Part shown: piece by piece, positions 18,819-30,205 of the stretch
Layout: each line of letters starts with the position of its first letter
How positions within the stretch are numbered: position 1 is the stretch's first letter
Assembly (NCBI GenBank): GCA_030584025.1
Contig: CP129487.1
Coordinates: 1,664,158 to 1,728,157 of the forward strand
DNA from: Cyclobacteriaceae bacterium
Lineage (GTDB): Bacteria; Bacteroidota; Bacteroidia; Cytophagales; Cyclobacteriaceae
Direction: 5' to 3'
DNA: 64,000 bases
Notes under the pieces: generated by a model
The model's input: only the letters and a program-made list of their open reading frames with translations
Database searches by the model: none
What the model was told of the DNA's origin: nothing
Translations under genes and position numbers: made by a program

Positions 18819-19481
18819 TTATGGTTCTAATTTCATTTCAGTACTGATGCTGTTAAGGAAATCCGATGTTTTATCTTCAGTTACTTTTTCAAGATTAAAC
18901 TCAGAACGGAAAATTTCGAGTAGAACCATGAGCGGCCGCTGATATAACGTTCCGTAATCGCCTGGCATATCAATCAAGGTTTTGTGATGGCGCACATACA
19001 CTTCGTTTTTCTTGCCGAGGTGGTGGGGATCGAATTCTGAAACCATTTTCTTTAATCCCGGGAATACTACTTTGGCGGCCAGTTCATGCCTGAGTTCTGC
19101 ATCGGTCATTTTATCCATTAACCTGATCACATTGGGAAGATGATCGGCCAGTTCGTACCCGCAGTCGTTGGCGGCTGCGGTGTGCTCCCGGCTCAGGTTT
19201 ACCAGCAGTTCGGCACGCTTGTAGTCGTCACCAAAGAGCAGGTAGCCAACATCCAATGTGGTGATGGCCTGCACTTCAAAGGTGCGCGTGTGCAACTCCT
19301 GCATCTCATCCAGAGAGGCTGTGGAAACAAACTCGGTAAAGGGTTCCAGCACTTGGCCCAACTCAGGATAACAACCATCCAGGTAAAGCTGAATTTCCTT
19401 TACTTTTTCGGTAAAGCCTTCCAACGGAAAATCCGTGAGTGCCGACAACAAGGTTAATCTTGAATTTTTTGTCTTAATCAT
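18819..19481 (-). CDS. narJ: Nitrate reductase molybdenum cofactor assembly chaperone (TorD family)
   Basis: The ORF extends to 19553 but would then overlap narH. The Met at 19481 (MIKTKNSRL) leaves a 16-nt gap. Its position between narH and narI supports the call. Confidence 0.8.
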   Translation of the reverse strand: MIKTKNSRLTLLSALTDFPLEGFTEKVKEIQLYLDGCYPELGQVLEPFTEFVSTASLDEMQELHTRTFEVQAITTLDVGYLLFGDDYKRAELLVNLSREHTAAANDCGYELADHLPNVIRLMDKMTDAELRHELAAKVVFPGLKKMVSEFDPHHLGKKNEVYVRHHKTLIDMPGDYGTLYQRPLMVLLEIFRSEFNLEKVTEDKTSDFLNSISTEMKLEP

Positions 19482-19497
19482 ATCCTGTTTGTTTTCG

Positions 19498-21048
19498 TTA
19501 TGCACTGCGTAACGGTTCCGATTTAAATCCAAATCCAACAGAGCCACGGGCATCGCCTGGAAACTCCAGCATCTCCAGCGATTGCTCGCGGTGTGAAGCC
19601 GGTATCACAAATCGATCATCAAACTTGGCCAGCGAAGTGAGGTAGTAAATTGCTTCTGCCTCTTCGGCTGTCAGGTTGGTGTCTTTCATTACCTGGTCAA
19701 CCTTAGCCTGCTCCATATCGCCTACGGTTTTGCTTCTGCGATAAATACGCACGGCCATAAGCTTTTTCAGGATGTGCTTGATTTTCCCTTCGTCACCCGC
19801 ACTAAAGAGACTGGCCAGGTATTGTAAGGGAAAACGAGCTTGCTCAATGGTACCCCATAATTCCTCGGTGCTGGTATCATAAAGCCAGTTGTCGTTCCAG
19901 TACTTGGCGATGGGATCCATCTTCTCGGATTGTGCCTGGTTATCTACTTCACGCAGGGAGGCCATCACCGGTAACAAGGGTGGTACGTAGAACAACATGG
20001 GCAGGGTTCTGAATTCCGGATGTAACGGCAGGGCCAGTCCCCATTCTTTAACAAACTTGTAGGTTGGTGAATATTGAGCCGCTTTGATGGTTGAATCGGC
20101 CACACCATTTTTCTTGGCTGCTTCAATTACTTGTTCATTGAAGGGATCGAGGATCATGCTGAGTTGCCGATCTACCAGGTTATTCTCATCGCTGGATGCA
20201 GCATCATAAATCATGTCTGCATCATACAGGACTACGCCCAGGTAGCGTATGCGTCCAACACAAGAATGCATACAGGCAGGTGCATATCCGGCTTCAATTC
20301 TGGGGTAACACAGAATGCATTTCTCAGATTTACCAGTATGCCAGTTGTAATAGGATTTTTTATAGGGGCATGCCGTCACACACATCCGCCACGCCCGGCA
20401 AACATTCTGGTTGATCAACACCACACCATCTTCACCACGCTTGTAGATCGCACCGGAAGGACAGGAGGCTACGCAGGCAGGATTTAAACAATGGTTGCAG
20501 ATGCGTGGCAGGTAATAAAAGGCCATCCGCTCCAGCTGGAACATAGCTTCCTGCTCGGCAGGCGACAGGTTCTTCAGGTTTGGATCCTGTCGAGCATAAT
20601 CGGGTGTTCCGCTCAGGTCATCGTCCCAGTTAGGACCGCCTTTGATATCGATGGGTTTGCCTGTGATGAGCGAAACCGGCCTTGCCGTTGGTTGATCATC
20701 CATAGCGGGCGATTCAATCAGGTCGAGATACTTGTAGGTAAAAGGCTCGTAGTAATCATCAATTACCGGCAAGTGTGGGTTGTGAAAGATGTTCATCAAT
20801 CCACGCAGTTTACCTGCACCCTTCAAACTGATGTCACCATTCTTCTTTTCCCAACCGCCTTTGTAAATATTCTGATCTTCCCATTTTGTGGGATAACCGG
20901 TTCCCGGTTTGGTTTCTACATTATTCCACCATTGATATTCGGCTCCTTTACGGTCGGTCCATATATTTTTACAGGCAATGGAACAGGTATGACACCCGAT
21001 GCATTTATCGAGGTGAAAAACCATTGACATTTGTGCTCGTACATCCAT
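19498..21048 (-). CDS. narH: Respiratory nitrate reductase beta subunit
   Basis: 516 aa. MSMVFHLDKCIGCHTCSIACKNIWT...WWNNVETKPGTGYP, with multiple Fe-S Cys motifs. Confidence 0.95.
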   Translation of the reverse strand: MDVRAQMSMVFHLDKCIGCHTCSIACKNIWTDRKGAEYQWWNNVETKPGTGYPTKWEDQNIYKGGWEKKNGDISLKGAGKLRGLMNIFHNPHLPVIDDYYEPFTYKYLDLIESPAMDDQPTARPVSLITGKPIDIKGGPNWDDDLSGTPDYARQDPNLKNLSPAEQEAMFQLERMAFYYLPRICNHCLNPACVASCPSGAIYKRGEDGVVLINQNVCRAWRMCVTACPYKKSYYNWHTGKSEKCILCYPRIEAGYAPACMHSCVGRIRYLGVVLYDADMIYDAASSDENNLVDRQLSMILDPFNEQVIEAAKKNGVADSTIKAAQYSPTYKFVKEWGLALPLHPEFRTLPMLFYVPPLLPVMASLREVDNQAQSEKMDPIAKYWNDNWLYDTSTEELWGTIEQARFPLQYLASLFSAGDEGKIKHILKKLMAVRIYRRSKTVGDMEQAKVDQVMKDTNLTAEEAEAIYYLTSLAKFDDRFVIPASHREQSLEMLEFPGDARGSVGFGFKSEPLRSA

Positions 21049-21077
21049 GAGATTTCAGGTTTATGCGTTGGGAATTA

Positions 21078-24000
21078 TTACCATACTAATTTTTCCATCT
21101 TCTTTACAATTACGTGGGTATCGCGGTTTGGTGCGATTGGGCCCCAATAGTTGAAATGATAAGAAAACTGACCGTATCCACCGGTAAGGTAGTTCGGCTT
21201 CAAGTGTATGCGTGTGAAGCTGTTGTGTCCGCCACCACGCTTGTTACCCCGAACTTGTGATTTGGGGATACCTGTAGTTCGTTCCGGTACATGGTAAACA
21301 ATGCATACACCGCGTGGTATCCGTGAGCTTACACAAGCTCGCGTACAGTAAACACCGTGGTCGTTGTACACCTCTACCCAGTCGTTGTCTTTGATGCCGA
21401 GGTCTTCTGCATCTTTCTCATTGATCCAGCACGGTTCGCATCCCCGCGAAAGCGTGAGCATGCGCAAGTTCTCCATATACGTGGAGTGGATGTGCCATTT
21501 ACCATGCGGTGTGAGGCAGTTCAGCACTTTGGCCTGCTCGCGCTCCAGCGATTCCTTGAGATCACCGTATGCTTCTGGTTTGGGTGAAGGCTTATAGGTA
21601 GGAAGGTGCTCGCCATAGGCGATGTACAACTCATGATCCAGGTAGAAGTGTTGCCTGCCGGTAAGGGTTCTCCATGGAACCAATTTATCAACATTGTAGG
21701 TGTAGGCAGAGTAGGCACGACCATCCTGCATTAATCCCGACCAAAGTGGTGAGGAGTTGTACCTGCGCGGTTGTGCCTGCAGATCCCCGTATGTAATGCC
21801 AACCTGTTCATAGCCTTCACCGATATCCGATAACACAAGGCCGGTTTTTTTCTCTGCTTCCCGGTAGGCACGAACAGTAAGCTTGCCGTTGGTTAGCGTA
21901 GATAGTTTTAAAAGTATGTTGGCCGCATCCCGGTCTTCTTTTAATGACGGGAGCACGCTACCATTCATCCGTTCTTTCGGGAAGTGGTTTGATTCCATGA
22001 TTTCATCGTACACATCATCACACATGTAGTTGTTGCCGTGTGCACCAAGGCCACTCTTTTTGATACGGTCGCCAAGCGTGATGAACTTGTCGTATAATTT
22101 GGTATAATCACGATCTACCACGGCTATGCTGTGCATGGTTTTCCCTGGTATGGGTTCGCATTCGCCTTTGTACCAGTCTTTCACATGCCGTTGGGTAATC
22201 TCACCGGCAGAATCATGGGAAAGCGGTGAGCACACAATGTCCTTCTGCGGCTCACTCAAATGTTGCTTTGCTATTTCACTGGTGTGTTTGGCAATCAACT
22301 TAAAAATATCCCAGTCAGTTTTGGCTTCCCACACCGGTGCAATGGCTGCTGAAAGTGGGTGAATGAATGAGTGTAAGTCTGTACTGTTCAAGTCGGCCTT
22401 TTCATACCAACTTGCTGCGGGCAATACGATATCTGAATACAAGGCTGAAGAATCCATACGGAAGTTCAGGTCTACCACGAGGTCCATTTTTCCTTCCGGA
22501 GCCATGTCGTGCCACTTTACTTCATCGGTATGATCAGGTGAATCTTTGGCGATGCGGTTGGAGTGCGTACCCAAATAGTGTTTAAGTGCGTATTCATGCC
22601 CTTTCATGCTGCCCATGATGGCGTTGCCCCGCCAGATGAACCAAACTTTTGGATGATTTTCTTCTGCTTCAGGATCACCTACCGCATAGTGCAGTTTCTT
22701 TGCTTTCAGTTTTTCTACTGTATAATTTTTGATTTCATCATCCGTCTTTGCACCATTTTGCTGCGCTTCCTTGCTTAGCTCCAGTGTGTTTTGATTGAAT
22801 TGCGGATAGAATGGCATCCATCCCATGCGCACTGATTGGAATATCGTATCGGCTGTATGTTGTTGGGTCCATTTATTTTTTGGAACCGTATTGTATTTAG
22901 AAAACTGACCGTCATACCGATATTGACACGTGTTAATGTAATGCCACAGCGGTGCCTGCTGCAGGCGCGCGGCACTCTGCCAATCCTTACCAAAGGTGAG
23001 GGCACTCCATGAATCTACTGGTGCCAGCTTTTCCTGGCCTACATAGTGATTCATTCCACCACCATTTTTCCCAACGCAACCAGTAAGCATCAGGGCCATA
23101 ATACCTGCACGATACATCAGGTTGGCATGGTACCAGTGGTTAATCCCTGCACCTACAATGATCATGCATTTACCGCCTGTAAGGTTTGCTGTGTTTGCCC
23201 ATTCTTTGGCAAACTGAATGACTGTCTTTGAATCTACACCCGTGAAAATTTCCTGCCATGCCGGTGTATAGGCAGCATCCTTATCGGTGTAGTCTTTCGG
23301 ATAATCGCCCAGTAGCCCACGATCAACACCATATTGTGCCATCACCAGGTCATACACGGTTGTTACCGGAATTTTACCTGCGCTGGTTTGCAAATACTTT
23401 ACCGGAACGCCACGCTGACGATGCTTGTCCAATCCGAACTCGGTGAAGGTTACCTGAAGAACCTCATCACTATTATTGATCAGGGTGAGGTATGGATCAA
23501 AAGGCTGGTTATCGACTTCATGCTCCAGCTTTATGTTCCAGTTGCCACCTTTCTTTTCCCAGCGGTGTCCCATGGTTCCTTTCGGTACCACGAGTTTACC
23601 TGTCTTGCTGTCGATGTTCAGAAATTTCCAGTCGCCATTTTCAAGGCTACTGAACTCAGCCATTTCATTGGCGCGAACCAGTTGGCCAGGTACAAGTTTA
23701 CCGTCTTCCTCTTCAAGTTTTACCAGGAACGGACTGTCGGTGTATTGCTTGGTATAGTCTAAAAAATACGGAGTTTGTTTTTCGTGGTGCCACTCCTTTA
23801 ATATAATGTGCGTTACTGCCATCCAGAAGGCACCATCACTGCCGGCATGAACGGGCACCCATTGATCGGCATACTTGCACACCTGGCTGAAATCAGGTGA
23901 GAACACCACGGCCTTGGTTCCGTTATGTCTGGACTCAGCAAAAAAGTGACAGTCGGGTGTGCGGGTCATGTTCAGGCAGGCACCCATATCAGCAATCATC

Positions 24001-24692
24001 TTGGCGTTGTACCAATCGGCACTTTCGCACACATCGGTTTGTTCGCCCCATATTTCGGGGAAGGCGGTGGGCAGATCGCAGTACCAATCGTAGAAGCTCA
24101 GGTTCACCCCTCCAAAGAGTTGAAGGAATCGGGCGCCTGCCGCATAGCTCAGCATGGACATGGCCGGTATGGGTGAAAACCCTATAACGCGATCAGGGCC
24201 GTATTTTTTGGCGGTGTAAATATTGGCGGCAGCAATCAGTTCCATCACCTCGTCCCAGGTTACCCTTCTGAAGCCACCTTTTCCGCGTGCGTTCTGGTAT
24301 TTCTTTCTTTTTTCTGCGTTGGCCTGCAGGCTTGCCCAGGCTTTAACCGGATCACCTGCCTTCTTTTTTTCTTCACGCCAGGCATCGATCAATGCTCCGC
24401 GAATAAGGGGATACTTAATGCGAAGCGGGCTATATAAATACCAAGAAAAAGAAATACCCCGTTGGCAACCGCGCGGCTCATAAGGTGGGAGCGAACTTTC
24501 CAGTAATGGATAGTCGAGTTGTTGGGTTTCCCATACCACGATACCATCTTTCACATGGATTTGCCAGGAGCACCCACCCGTGCAATTCACGCCATGGGTA
24601 CTTCGCACTATGCGATCATGCTGAAAGCGGTTGCGGTAAAACTCTTCCCACTTACGGGTCTGTGGCGATATGATGTCTTCAATCCAGCTCAT
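21078..24692 (-). CDS. narG: Respiratory nitrate reductase alpha subunit; no Tat signal
   Basis: 1204 aa. The N-terminus is ...[44 protein letters not shown]. Confidence 0.95.
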   Translation of the reverse strand: MSWIEDIISPQTRKWEEFYRNRFQHDRIVRSTHGVNCTGGCSWQIHVKDGIVVWETQQLDYPLLESSLPPYEPRGCQRGISFSWYLYSPLRIKYPLIRGALIDAWREEKKKAGDPVKAWASLQANAEKRKKYQNARGKGGFRRVTWDEVMELIAAANIYTAKKYGPDRVIGFSPIPAMSMLSYAAGARFLQLFGGVNLSFYDWYCDLPTAFPEIWGEQTDVCESADWYNAKMIADMGACLNMTRTPDCHFFAESRHNGTKAVVFSPDFSQVCKYADQWVPVHAGSDGAFWMAVTHIILKEWHHEKQTPYFLDYTKQYTDSPFLVKLEEEDGKLVPGQLVRANEMAEFSSLENGDWKFLNIDSKTGKLVVPKGTMGHRWEKKGGNWNIKLEHEVDNQPFDPYLTLINNSDEVLQVTFTEFGLDKHRQRGVPVKYLQTSAGKIPVTTVYDLVMAQYGVDRGLLGDYPKDYTDKDAAYTPAWQEIFTGVDSKTVIQFAKEWANTANLTGGKCMIIVGAGINHWYHANLMYRAGIMALMLTGCVGKNGGGMNHYVGQEKLAPVDSWSALTFGKDWQSAARLQQAPLWHYINTCQYRYDGQFSKYNTVPKNKWTQQHTADTIFQSVRMGWMPFYPQFNQNTLELSKEAQQNGAKTDDEIKNYTVEKLKAKKLHYAVGDPEAEENHPKVWFIWRGNAIMGSMKGHEYALKHYLGTHSNRIAKDSPDHTDEVKWHDMAPEGKMDLVVDLNFRMDSSALYSDIVLPAASWYEKADLNSTDLHSFIHPLSAAIAPVWEAKTDWDIFKLIAKHTSEIAKQHLSEPQKDIVCSPLSHDSAGEITQRHVKDWYKGECEPIPGKTMHSIAVVDRDYTKLYDKFITLGDRIKKSGLGAHGNNYMCDDVYDEIMESNHFPKERMNGSVLPSLKEDRDAANILLKLSTLTNGKLTVRAYREAEKKTGLVLSDIGEGYEQVGITYGDLQAQPRRYNSSPLWSGLMQDGRAYSAYTYNVDKLVPWRTLTGRQHFYLDHELYIAYGEHLPTYKPSPKPEAYGDLKESLEREQAKVLNCLTPHGKWHIHSTYMENLRMLTLSRGCEPCWINEKDAEDLGIKDNDWVEVYNDHGVYCTRACVSSRIPRGVCIVYHVPERTTGIPKSQVRGNKRGGGHNSFTRIHLKPNYLTGGYGQFSYHFNYWGPIAPNRDTHVIVKKMEKLVW

Positions 24693-24708
24693 AAATATTG
24701 GTTAAGAA

Positions 24709-25578
24709 TTATGAATAAACCTGACGATCAAAAATTTTCTTGTTTACGGCATTCTTTTTTCGGTTCGACCACACCATGGAAAAGATAACCAACAATGCGA
24801 TAAAGCTTGCACCCCCACTTAACAAGAAGAAATGTTGCCAGTTGCGCGGGTATTGCCCGAATTGATCTTCATCTGCTTGTTTGAGAAAAGCTGTAAGGGC
24901 GTAGGCTTCCTGTTCTGAAACCGGGTGGTTTAAATATGCTTCTCGCATGGCTGGAAATGGGGGAGAGGTTAGGATTGCCTGGATACCCGCTTCATTCATT
25001 CGGGAAAAAGCATCGGTTAAATCCTTGGCTAATAGTCCGCCTCCAATCAACGCGTTATTTTTAACATGATGACAGGAAATGCAACCGGGACCCCCTTCAC
25101 CCAACTTTGTTTCTCCTGTGAATAGCAATTGCCCCAACTTGATTTCGCTTTCAGTAGCTTCATTCACTGAACGTACCGGTTGTTTGGGTTCCTCGGGAAT
25201 TGATGATGTAGTTGACTCAGTCGTGGCTACGAAACCGGGGCTTTTCGATTTTATATAGCCAATGATTTCCTTAATCTGATCAATCGAATAGGGCGCATCA
25301 GGCATCACAGTTTTATTGTATTCCTCAAAAAGGGCAACCGCATCGGGATCTCCTTTGCTAACCATAGCTTGTGATGATTTAATGAATTCTGCTAGCCAAT
25401 CATCTGACCTTCGAAGTTGTACATCGGCCAGATCGGGCCCTATCAGCCTACCTTTAGATATGGTGTGACAGGCTGAACAGAATGTTTTAAACATCATTTC
25501 ACCTGATTGTTGGGCGTAGGCGGCAAATATCCCCACGCAAAATACAAGGGTGGTTAAACCGAGTTTTACTGTTTTCAT
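24709..25578 (-). CDS. Membrane-anchored dihaem cytochrome c (NarC-like), first gene of the nar cluster
   Basis: 289 aa with an N-terminal signal. There are two CxxCH motifs (CSACH, CISCH) and a C-terminal TM helix (FFLLSGGASFIALLVIFSMVW). It ends 16 nt upstream of narG. Confidence 0.75.
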   Translation of the reverse strand: MKTVKLGLTTLVFCVGIFAAYAQQSGEMMFKTFCSACHTISKGRLIGPDLADVQLRRSDDWLAEFIKSSQAMVSKGDPDAVALFEEYNKTVMPDAPYSIDQIKEIIGYIKSKSPGFVATTESTTSSIPEEPKQPVRSVNEATESEIKLGQLLFTGETKLGEGGPGCISCHHVKNNALIGGGLLAKDLTDAFSRMNEAGIQAILTSPPFPAMREAYLNHPVSEQEAYALTAFLKQADEDQFGQYPRNWQHFFLLSGGASFIALLVIFSMVWSNRKKNAVNKKIFDRQVYS

Positions 25579-25630
25579 TGAAGGGTGGTTGATGGTTCTG
25601 ATATAAATATCTGCTTTTTGATTATCTAAT

Positions 25631-25650
25631 AAAAGATAATATTATCTTTT
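25631..25650. promoter_or_regulatory. Perfect 20-bp palindrome (candidate operator)
   Basis: AAAAGATAAT|ATTATCTTTT in the 98-nt divergent region between the narC-like gene and the MORN-repeat gene. Confidence 0.55.
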
Positions 25651-25676
25651 ATTACGAAAACCAAAGTACCTTTGGA

Positions 25677-26150
25677 ATGGATTTGGCAGATCTGTTAATG
25701 GTCCGTGGTAATACCATACTGCATTATCTTAAATTAATAGGGTTGGTTGCCGTAGTGATTATGATTTGGTTAACCTCGGAAAGGAGCACGGAACCACCCC
25801 GTTTTTCAACCGGTCAGCCCAAGTCGACCGGTGGGTTTATTAATGGAAAGGCCGAGGGTACGTGGACCTGGTGGTATGAGAACGGAACTAAAATGACCGA
25901 AGGAAATTTCGAGGAGGGAAAACGGAATGGCCTGTGGAATACGTGGTACGAAAATGGAGTAAAAAAAAGTGAGGGCCAGTATGTTGACGATAAATTGAAT
26001 GGAATGTATATGCAATGGTACCCAAACGGAAACCTGCGGTTGGAGGGAAGATATGTGAATGATATGAAAGATGGCCTATTCCGGTATTATGATACAAGTA
26101 GTATGCTTTTAAGGGAAAGTAACTACATTAATGGTTTGCTGATTAAGTAG
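25677..26150 (+). CDS. MORN-repeat (YwqK-like) protein with an N-terminal TM helix
   Basis: 157 aa with repeated G.W..WYENG.....G.Y..GK..G units. Confidence 0.7.
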   Translation: MDLADLLMVRGNTILHYLKLIGLVAVVIMIWLTSERSTEPPRFSTGQPKSTGGFINGKAEGTWTWWYENGTKMTEGNFEEGKRNGLWNTWYENGVKKSEGQYVDDKLNGMYMQWYPNGNLRLEGRYVNDMKDGLFRYYDTSSMLLRESNYINGLLIK

Positions 26151-26156
26151 TCCTTA

Positions 26157-26534
26157 ATGACCTGTTTAATAATTTTTATTGCTATGAAAAAGAAATCAAC
26201 CAAAAGAAAACCAATGCCAAAACCACCCAGGTTTTATGAGCAGTTCGTTAAAAAATATCCCGCTGTTGCTAAATCCTATGAAGCCATGGGTGATGCCGTT
26301 CATGGTCTTGGTCCGTTGGATGACCGCGACCGCGCGTTAATCAAACTGGCTATTTCCGGTAGTCATTTATACAGCAGCGCATTTAAAGCGCATATCCGAA
26401 AGGCAGTCGCATCAGGCCTTTCAAGAGACGAAATTGAACACCTCGTATTACTCTTCTTACCAACGGTTGGTTTTCCAACCATGATGGCTGCCATGGGGAT
26501 TGTGGAAGAGCAACTTCAATCCACGGAGAAGTAG
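26157..26534 (+). CDS. Carboxymuconolactone decarboxylase (AhpD-like) family protein
   Basis: 125 aa. The segment GPLDDRDRALIKLAISGSH...EIEHLVLLFLPTVGFPTMM is typical of the CMD family. The start is uncertain and the Met at 26184 is possible. Confidence 0.6.
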   Translation: MTCLIIFIAMKKKSTKRKPMPKPPRFYEQFVKKYPAVAKSYEAMGDAVHGLGPLDDRDRALIKLAISGSHLYSSAFKAHIRKAVASGLSRDEIEHLVLLFLPTVGFPTMMAAMGIVEEQLQSTEK

Positions 26535-26568
26535 TTGCCGGGCAGTTTAAGATTGAAATTGAGGTAGA

Positions 26569-26850
26569 TTAGGAATATTGATTCTCCGGTTTTTTTTTAT
26601 GTTTCTGGCCATAATTTCGGGCCTGTGGAACATAACGCAATAACCAAAGGGCCAAGACAAATAATACTGAAGAGCCGAGAAAGGCAGCGATTGCTATTCC
26701 GCGGTGATCTTCCAATGCATTATTTAGGGCACTGTATAACAACCACACCTGAATGCCTAGGATGCCTATTAACAAAGCAATGACTCCACCCATTAAAGTG
26801 TTGGTCTTATTCGGATGCGCCTGATTTTGTACTTCTCTGAAATCGCCCAT
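26569..26850 (-). CDS. Small two-TM membrane protein, last gene of the Mo-enzyme cluster
   Basis: 93 aa with two hydrophobic helices. It starts 2 nt after the Rieske gene. Confidence 0.45.
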   Translation of the reverse strand: MGDFREVQNQAHPNKTNTLMGGVIALLIGILGIQVWLLYSALNNALEDHRGIAIAAFLGSSVLFVLALWLLRYVPQARNYGQKHKKKPENQYS

Positions 26851-26852
26851 AA

Positions 26853-27371
26853 CTATGCTGATTTTTCTTCGAATGCTTTCACATAAACCTGATTGTCCTT
26901 TATAACCACCTGTAGTTGGGGTAAAGGTCGGGGAGGTGGTCCCTGAAGCACCACACCCGTTTGAGCATCAAAGTATCCTTTATGACAGGGGCATTCAATT
27001 TTATTCAGATCTGCCCGGTAACGCACAGCACAGGATAAGTGTGTACATTTTTGTTCAAATGCACGCCACTTATTTTCATCAAGGTGAATAAGTATATAGG
27101 GAACTTCCAGCCGTCCTTTAATTACAAATTGTTTCATTTCCCCAACCGGTACATCCGTCCGAAGGCATACCAAATGTTCTCCTGCAAGTGGCTGAGTTGG
27201 AAAGGCAAACGATTTAATTACGATGGCACCATTGCCGAGCGCCATGCCACCGGAAAGCAAGCACATAAATTTAGCGAACTCTCTTCGTGAAATGTGGGTG
27301 GCCTCACTTTGCTCTATCGGAAAGTCACTTTTCCAATTGGGAGTTTTTTCTTTTTCAGGCGTTGTCAACAT
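26853..27371 (-). CDS. Rieske [2Fe-2S] protein with a twin-arginine signal or anchor
   Basis: 172 aa. SRREFAKF is followed by a hydrophobic stretch. The Rieske boxes are CTHLSC and CPCHKGYF. Confidence 0.85.
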   Translation of the reverse strand: MLTTPEKEKTPNWKSDFPIEQSEATHISRREFAKFMCLLSGGMALGNGAIVIKSFAFPTQPLAGEHLVCLRTDVPVGEMKQFVIKGRLEVPYILIHLDENKWRAFEQKCTHLSCAVRYRADLNKIECPCHKGYFDAQTGVVLQGPPPRPLPQLQVVIKDNQVYVKAFEEKSA

Positions 27372-27382
27372 ACTTCTTCGTA

Positions 27383-27955
27383 TTAATCATGAACATTGAG
27401 TATTGTACTTCCTTTGGGCATCATAATGTTTACCTTCGTTTTAACAGTTTCATTACCGAACTTGAAAGTCTGCACAGGATCACTGTCTGGGCGCATCTTA
27501 CGGATCTCCTCGCGTGTTCCGTAGTATAGTGCCTGACTTGGGCATACGGTTGCACACATAGGTTTTTTGCCGGCACTGGTACGATCGTAGCACATGTTGC
27601 ACTTCATCATGAGTTCTGCTTTCTCTTCTTTTTTTGGTACACCAAACGGGCATGCCAGTACGCAATTGGAACAACCGATACAACGGGCCGTATTGGCAGT
27701 ATGCACCACGCCAAAGCTGTCTTTTGTAATGGCATCGGCAGGGCATACATTGGCACAGGCGGGTTCTTCACAATGCATGCATACTTGTACGGTTGTTTGC
27801 ACGGTGTGTGCTCGATCGACATAATGAATATGGATCATGCTTTCTTGTCCGTTTGTTTCACATTCGGCACAGGCCATTTCACACGCGTGGCAACCAATGC
27901 AGCGCTGCATGTCGATAAAAAATTCCTGATCATGTTTATATTCTGCTGCGGCCAT
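27383..27955 (-). CDS. 4Fe-4S dicluster ferredoxin-type subunit (DmsB/HybA-like)
   Basis: 190 aa. Cys motifs are [37 protein letters not shown] and CNMC...CATVCP. Confidence 0.85.
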   Translation of the reverse strand: MAAAEYKHDQEFFIDMQRCIGCHACEMACAECETNGQESMIHIHYVDRAHTVQTTVQVCMHCEEPACANVCPADAITKDSFGVVHTANTARCIGCSNCVLACPFGVPKKEEKAELMMKCNMCYDRTSAGKKPMCATVCPSQALYYGTREEIRKMRPDSDPVQTFKFGNETVKTKVNIMMPKGSTILNVHD

Positions 27956-27958
27956 GTT

Positions 27959-30205
27959 TTATATGCTTTGATATGCGTTGGATTGATTTAGATTAGGTGC
28001 TTTTACGCCCAAGTGCACGAGTTTACATGCGCAAACTTTAAACTCGGGTATTTTTGAAATGGGATCAAGTGTGCCCGGTGTTAACAGGTTTGCCGATTTG
28101 CTGCCCCCCCAATGGTAGGGAATGAAAACCGTATCTTCGCGAATAGTTTCTACCAGCTGTGCTGGAAAGGAGGCTTCCCCTCTTCGGGTTACTACTTTAA
28201 TAAGATCGCGTTCGCTAATGCCATAGTGCGCAGCTAACTTAGGATGGATTTCTAACAACGGTTCAGCATACTGATCAACCAGTTTGCCAATACGCCTGGT
28301 CTGGCTGCCACTCAGGTATTGCGACACTACCCGACCGGTTGTAAGTACAACCGGAAATTCTGCATCTGTCACTTCACCCGGTTCGCGATAGGGAGCAGGG
28401 TTGAAGTGAGCTTTTCCGTCTGCGGTTGCAAACTTCTTGTCTTCCCACAACCGGGGTGTTCCTGGGTGATCTAAACTCGGACAAGGCCAGAATACACCCA
28501 TGTTGCTTTCAATCTTTTCGTAGGTGATTCCATAGTAATCTGCTGTACCTCCCTTTGATGCTACGCGCAATTCATTGAAGATTGCTTCACTATTCTTAAA
28601 ATTGAATTTATCCCCAGCTCCCAGCCGTTGGGCTAACTCCAATAAGATATCACTGTCTCTTCGTGCGTTGTTGGGTGGCGTAACAGCTGCTTGTATACGT
28701 ACAACCCTCCCTTCTGCAGTAGTAACAGTTCCTTCATCTTCCTCATGCAGTGATCCGGCCATGATTACATCCGCATGACGTGCCGTTTCACTGAGGAAAA
28801 AATCAATGGCTACGTAATATTCAAGTTTTTCCAGTGCTTCTCGCACGTAGTTGCTGTTGGGCAGTGACACCAACGGATTAAAGCAAATGGATAATAATCC
28901 TTTAATTTCTCCCCGGTGAATGGCTTCAATAATTTCGTACGCGGAGAGTCCCTTACCTGGTAAATCTTTTTCTTCAATGCCCCACACACCGGAAATGTAT
29001 TTTCGATGTTCCGGGTTGGTGATGTCCCGATTGCCCGGAAGTTGATCACATTTGTGGCCGTGTTCGCGACCGCCCTGACCATTTCCTTGTCCGGTAATGG
29101 TGCCATACCCGCAGTACGGTTTTCCAATGCGTCCAGTAGCCAGCACCAGGTTGATGCAACTCACTACATTATCAACACCTTTTGAGTGGTGTTCAATGCC
29201 CCGTGCATGTAGTAAAAAACTAGTTGCAGTTTTTCCCCACCACGTAGCAGCTAGTAAAATTTTTTCTTTGGCAATTCCTGTTATTTGCTCGGCCCAATCG
29301 AGATCATAGTCTTTCACTGCGGCAACTGCGTCTTCAAAACCTGAGGTATGGTTGTTGATGAAGTCGTGATCGAGCCAATCGTTATCTACCAGAATCTTAA
29401 GCATGGCCCCATACAATGCGGAGTCGGTTCCGGGTTTAACAGGCAGATGCAAATCGGCAGTTCGTGCGATGGGGGTAACCCGCGGATCCACTACAATAAG
29501 TTTTGCACCATTGTCGCGTGCCTGCCAGATGTAATGGGTAAGCGTAGGAAAAGTTTCGCTCACATTCGTGCCGCAGATCATGATCACGTTGGCATGCGCC
29601 AGATCGGCCCAGCTGTTGGAGATGCGGTCAAGACCAAACGCTTTCTTGTTCCCTGCTCCGGCACTCACCATACACAACCTGCCGTTGTAGTCGAGGTTGG
29701 CTGTTTTCAGTGCTACGCGGGCAAACTTTCCAATCATGTAGCTCTTCTCATTGGTCAAGGAAACTCCCGACAACATCGCGAATGCATCGTTACCATAGGC
29801 AGCTTGAATGCGTCTGATTTCGGATAGGGTACGATTCATGGCGGTTTCCCAATCGATGGACTCGAACCCTTTTCCTTCTGTACGTTGAAGTGGAGACAAT
29901 AAGCGATCTGGATGATTATTCTGGAGGTAACGCTGCACACCCTTGGGGCACAATCGTCCTTCATTAAACGGAAACTCCATCCAGGGCTCAAAGCCTACAA
30001 CCGTATTGTCTTTCACTTTCAACTGTATGCCACATTGCATACCACAAAAGCAGCAATGTGTTTTTACCAGTTTGTCAGGCTCAGATCGGCCCTTGAATCC
30101 ATCTTCAGGGGTGTAGGCTTTGTGCGGTCCAAATTGCGCAACAATGTCTTCAACAGGTAGTGGTAGTTTTGCCATGGGTGTGATGTGTTCCGTCTCGTTA
30201 ATCAA
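27959..30205 (-). CDS. Molybdopterin (bis-MGD) oxidoreductase, Nas/NarB/Nap-like nitrate-reductase-type catalytic subunit; no signal peptide
   Basis: 748 aa. The N-terminal Fe-S motif is CCFCGMQCG...RLCPKG. The likely Cys Mo-ligand segment is [18 protein letters not shown]. Also present are [12 protein letters not shown] and the C-terminal [15 protein letters not shown]. Confidence 0.8.
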   Translation of the reverse strand: MINETEHITPMAKLPLPVEDIVAQFGPHKAYTPEDGFKGRSEPDKLVKTHCCFCGMQCGIQLKVKDNTVVGFEPWMEFPFNEGRLCPKGVQRYLQNNHPDRLLSPLQRTEGKGFESIDWETAMNRTLSEIRRIQAAYGNDAFAMLSGVSLTNEKSYMIGKFARVALKTANLDYNGRLCMVSAGAGNKKAFGLDRISNSWADLAHANVIMICGTNVSETFPTLTHYIWQARDNGAKLIVVDPRVTPIARTADLHLPVKPGTDSALYGAMLKILVDNDWLDHDFINNHTSGFEDAVAAVKDYDLDWAEQITGIAKEKILLAATWWGKTATSFLLHARGIEHHSKGVDNVVSCINLVLATGRIGKPYCGYGTITGQGNGQGGREHGHKCDQLPGNRDITNPEHRKYISGVWGIEEKDLPGKGLSAYEIIEAIHRGEIKGLLSICFNPLVSLPNSNYVREALEKLEYYVAIDFFLSETARHADVIMAGSLHEEDEGTVTTAEGRVVRIQAAVTPPNNARRDSDILLELAQRLGAGDKFNFKNSEAIFNELRVASKGGTADYYGITYEKIESNMGVFWPCPSLDHPGTPRLWEDKKFATADGKAHFNPAPYREPGEVTDAEFPVVLTTGRVVSQYLSGSQTRRIGKLVDQYAEPLLEIHPKLAAHYGISERDLIKVVTRRGEASFPAQLVETIREDTVFIPYHWGGSKSANLLTPGTLDPISKIPEFKVCACKLVHLGVKAPNLNQSNAYQSI

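Noticed and set aside
20491-21027. 178-aa plus-strand ORF inside narH. Similar antisense or alternate-frame ORFs are 20131-20487, 21357-21597, 22126-22778, 23046-24788, 12148-12528, 12679-13143, 18094-18718, 19140-19457, 27498-27991, 28575-29827 and 29912-30160.
   Set aside because: All lie entirely within long, clearly homologous genes (narG, narH, narI, narJ, the qNOR gene, the Mo subunit, the 4Fe-4S subunit). Their translations are low-complexity or Arg/Cys/His-rich, typical of shadow frames.
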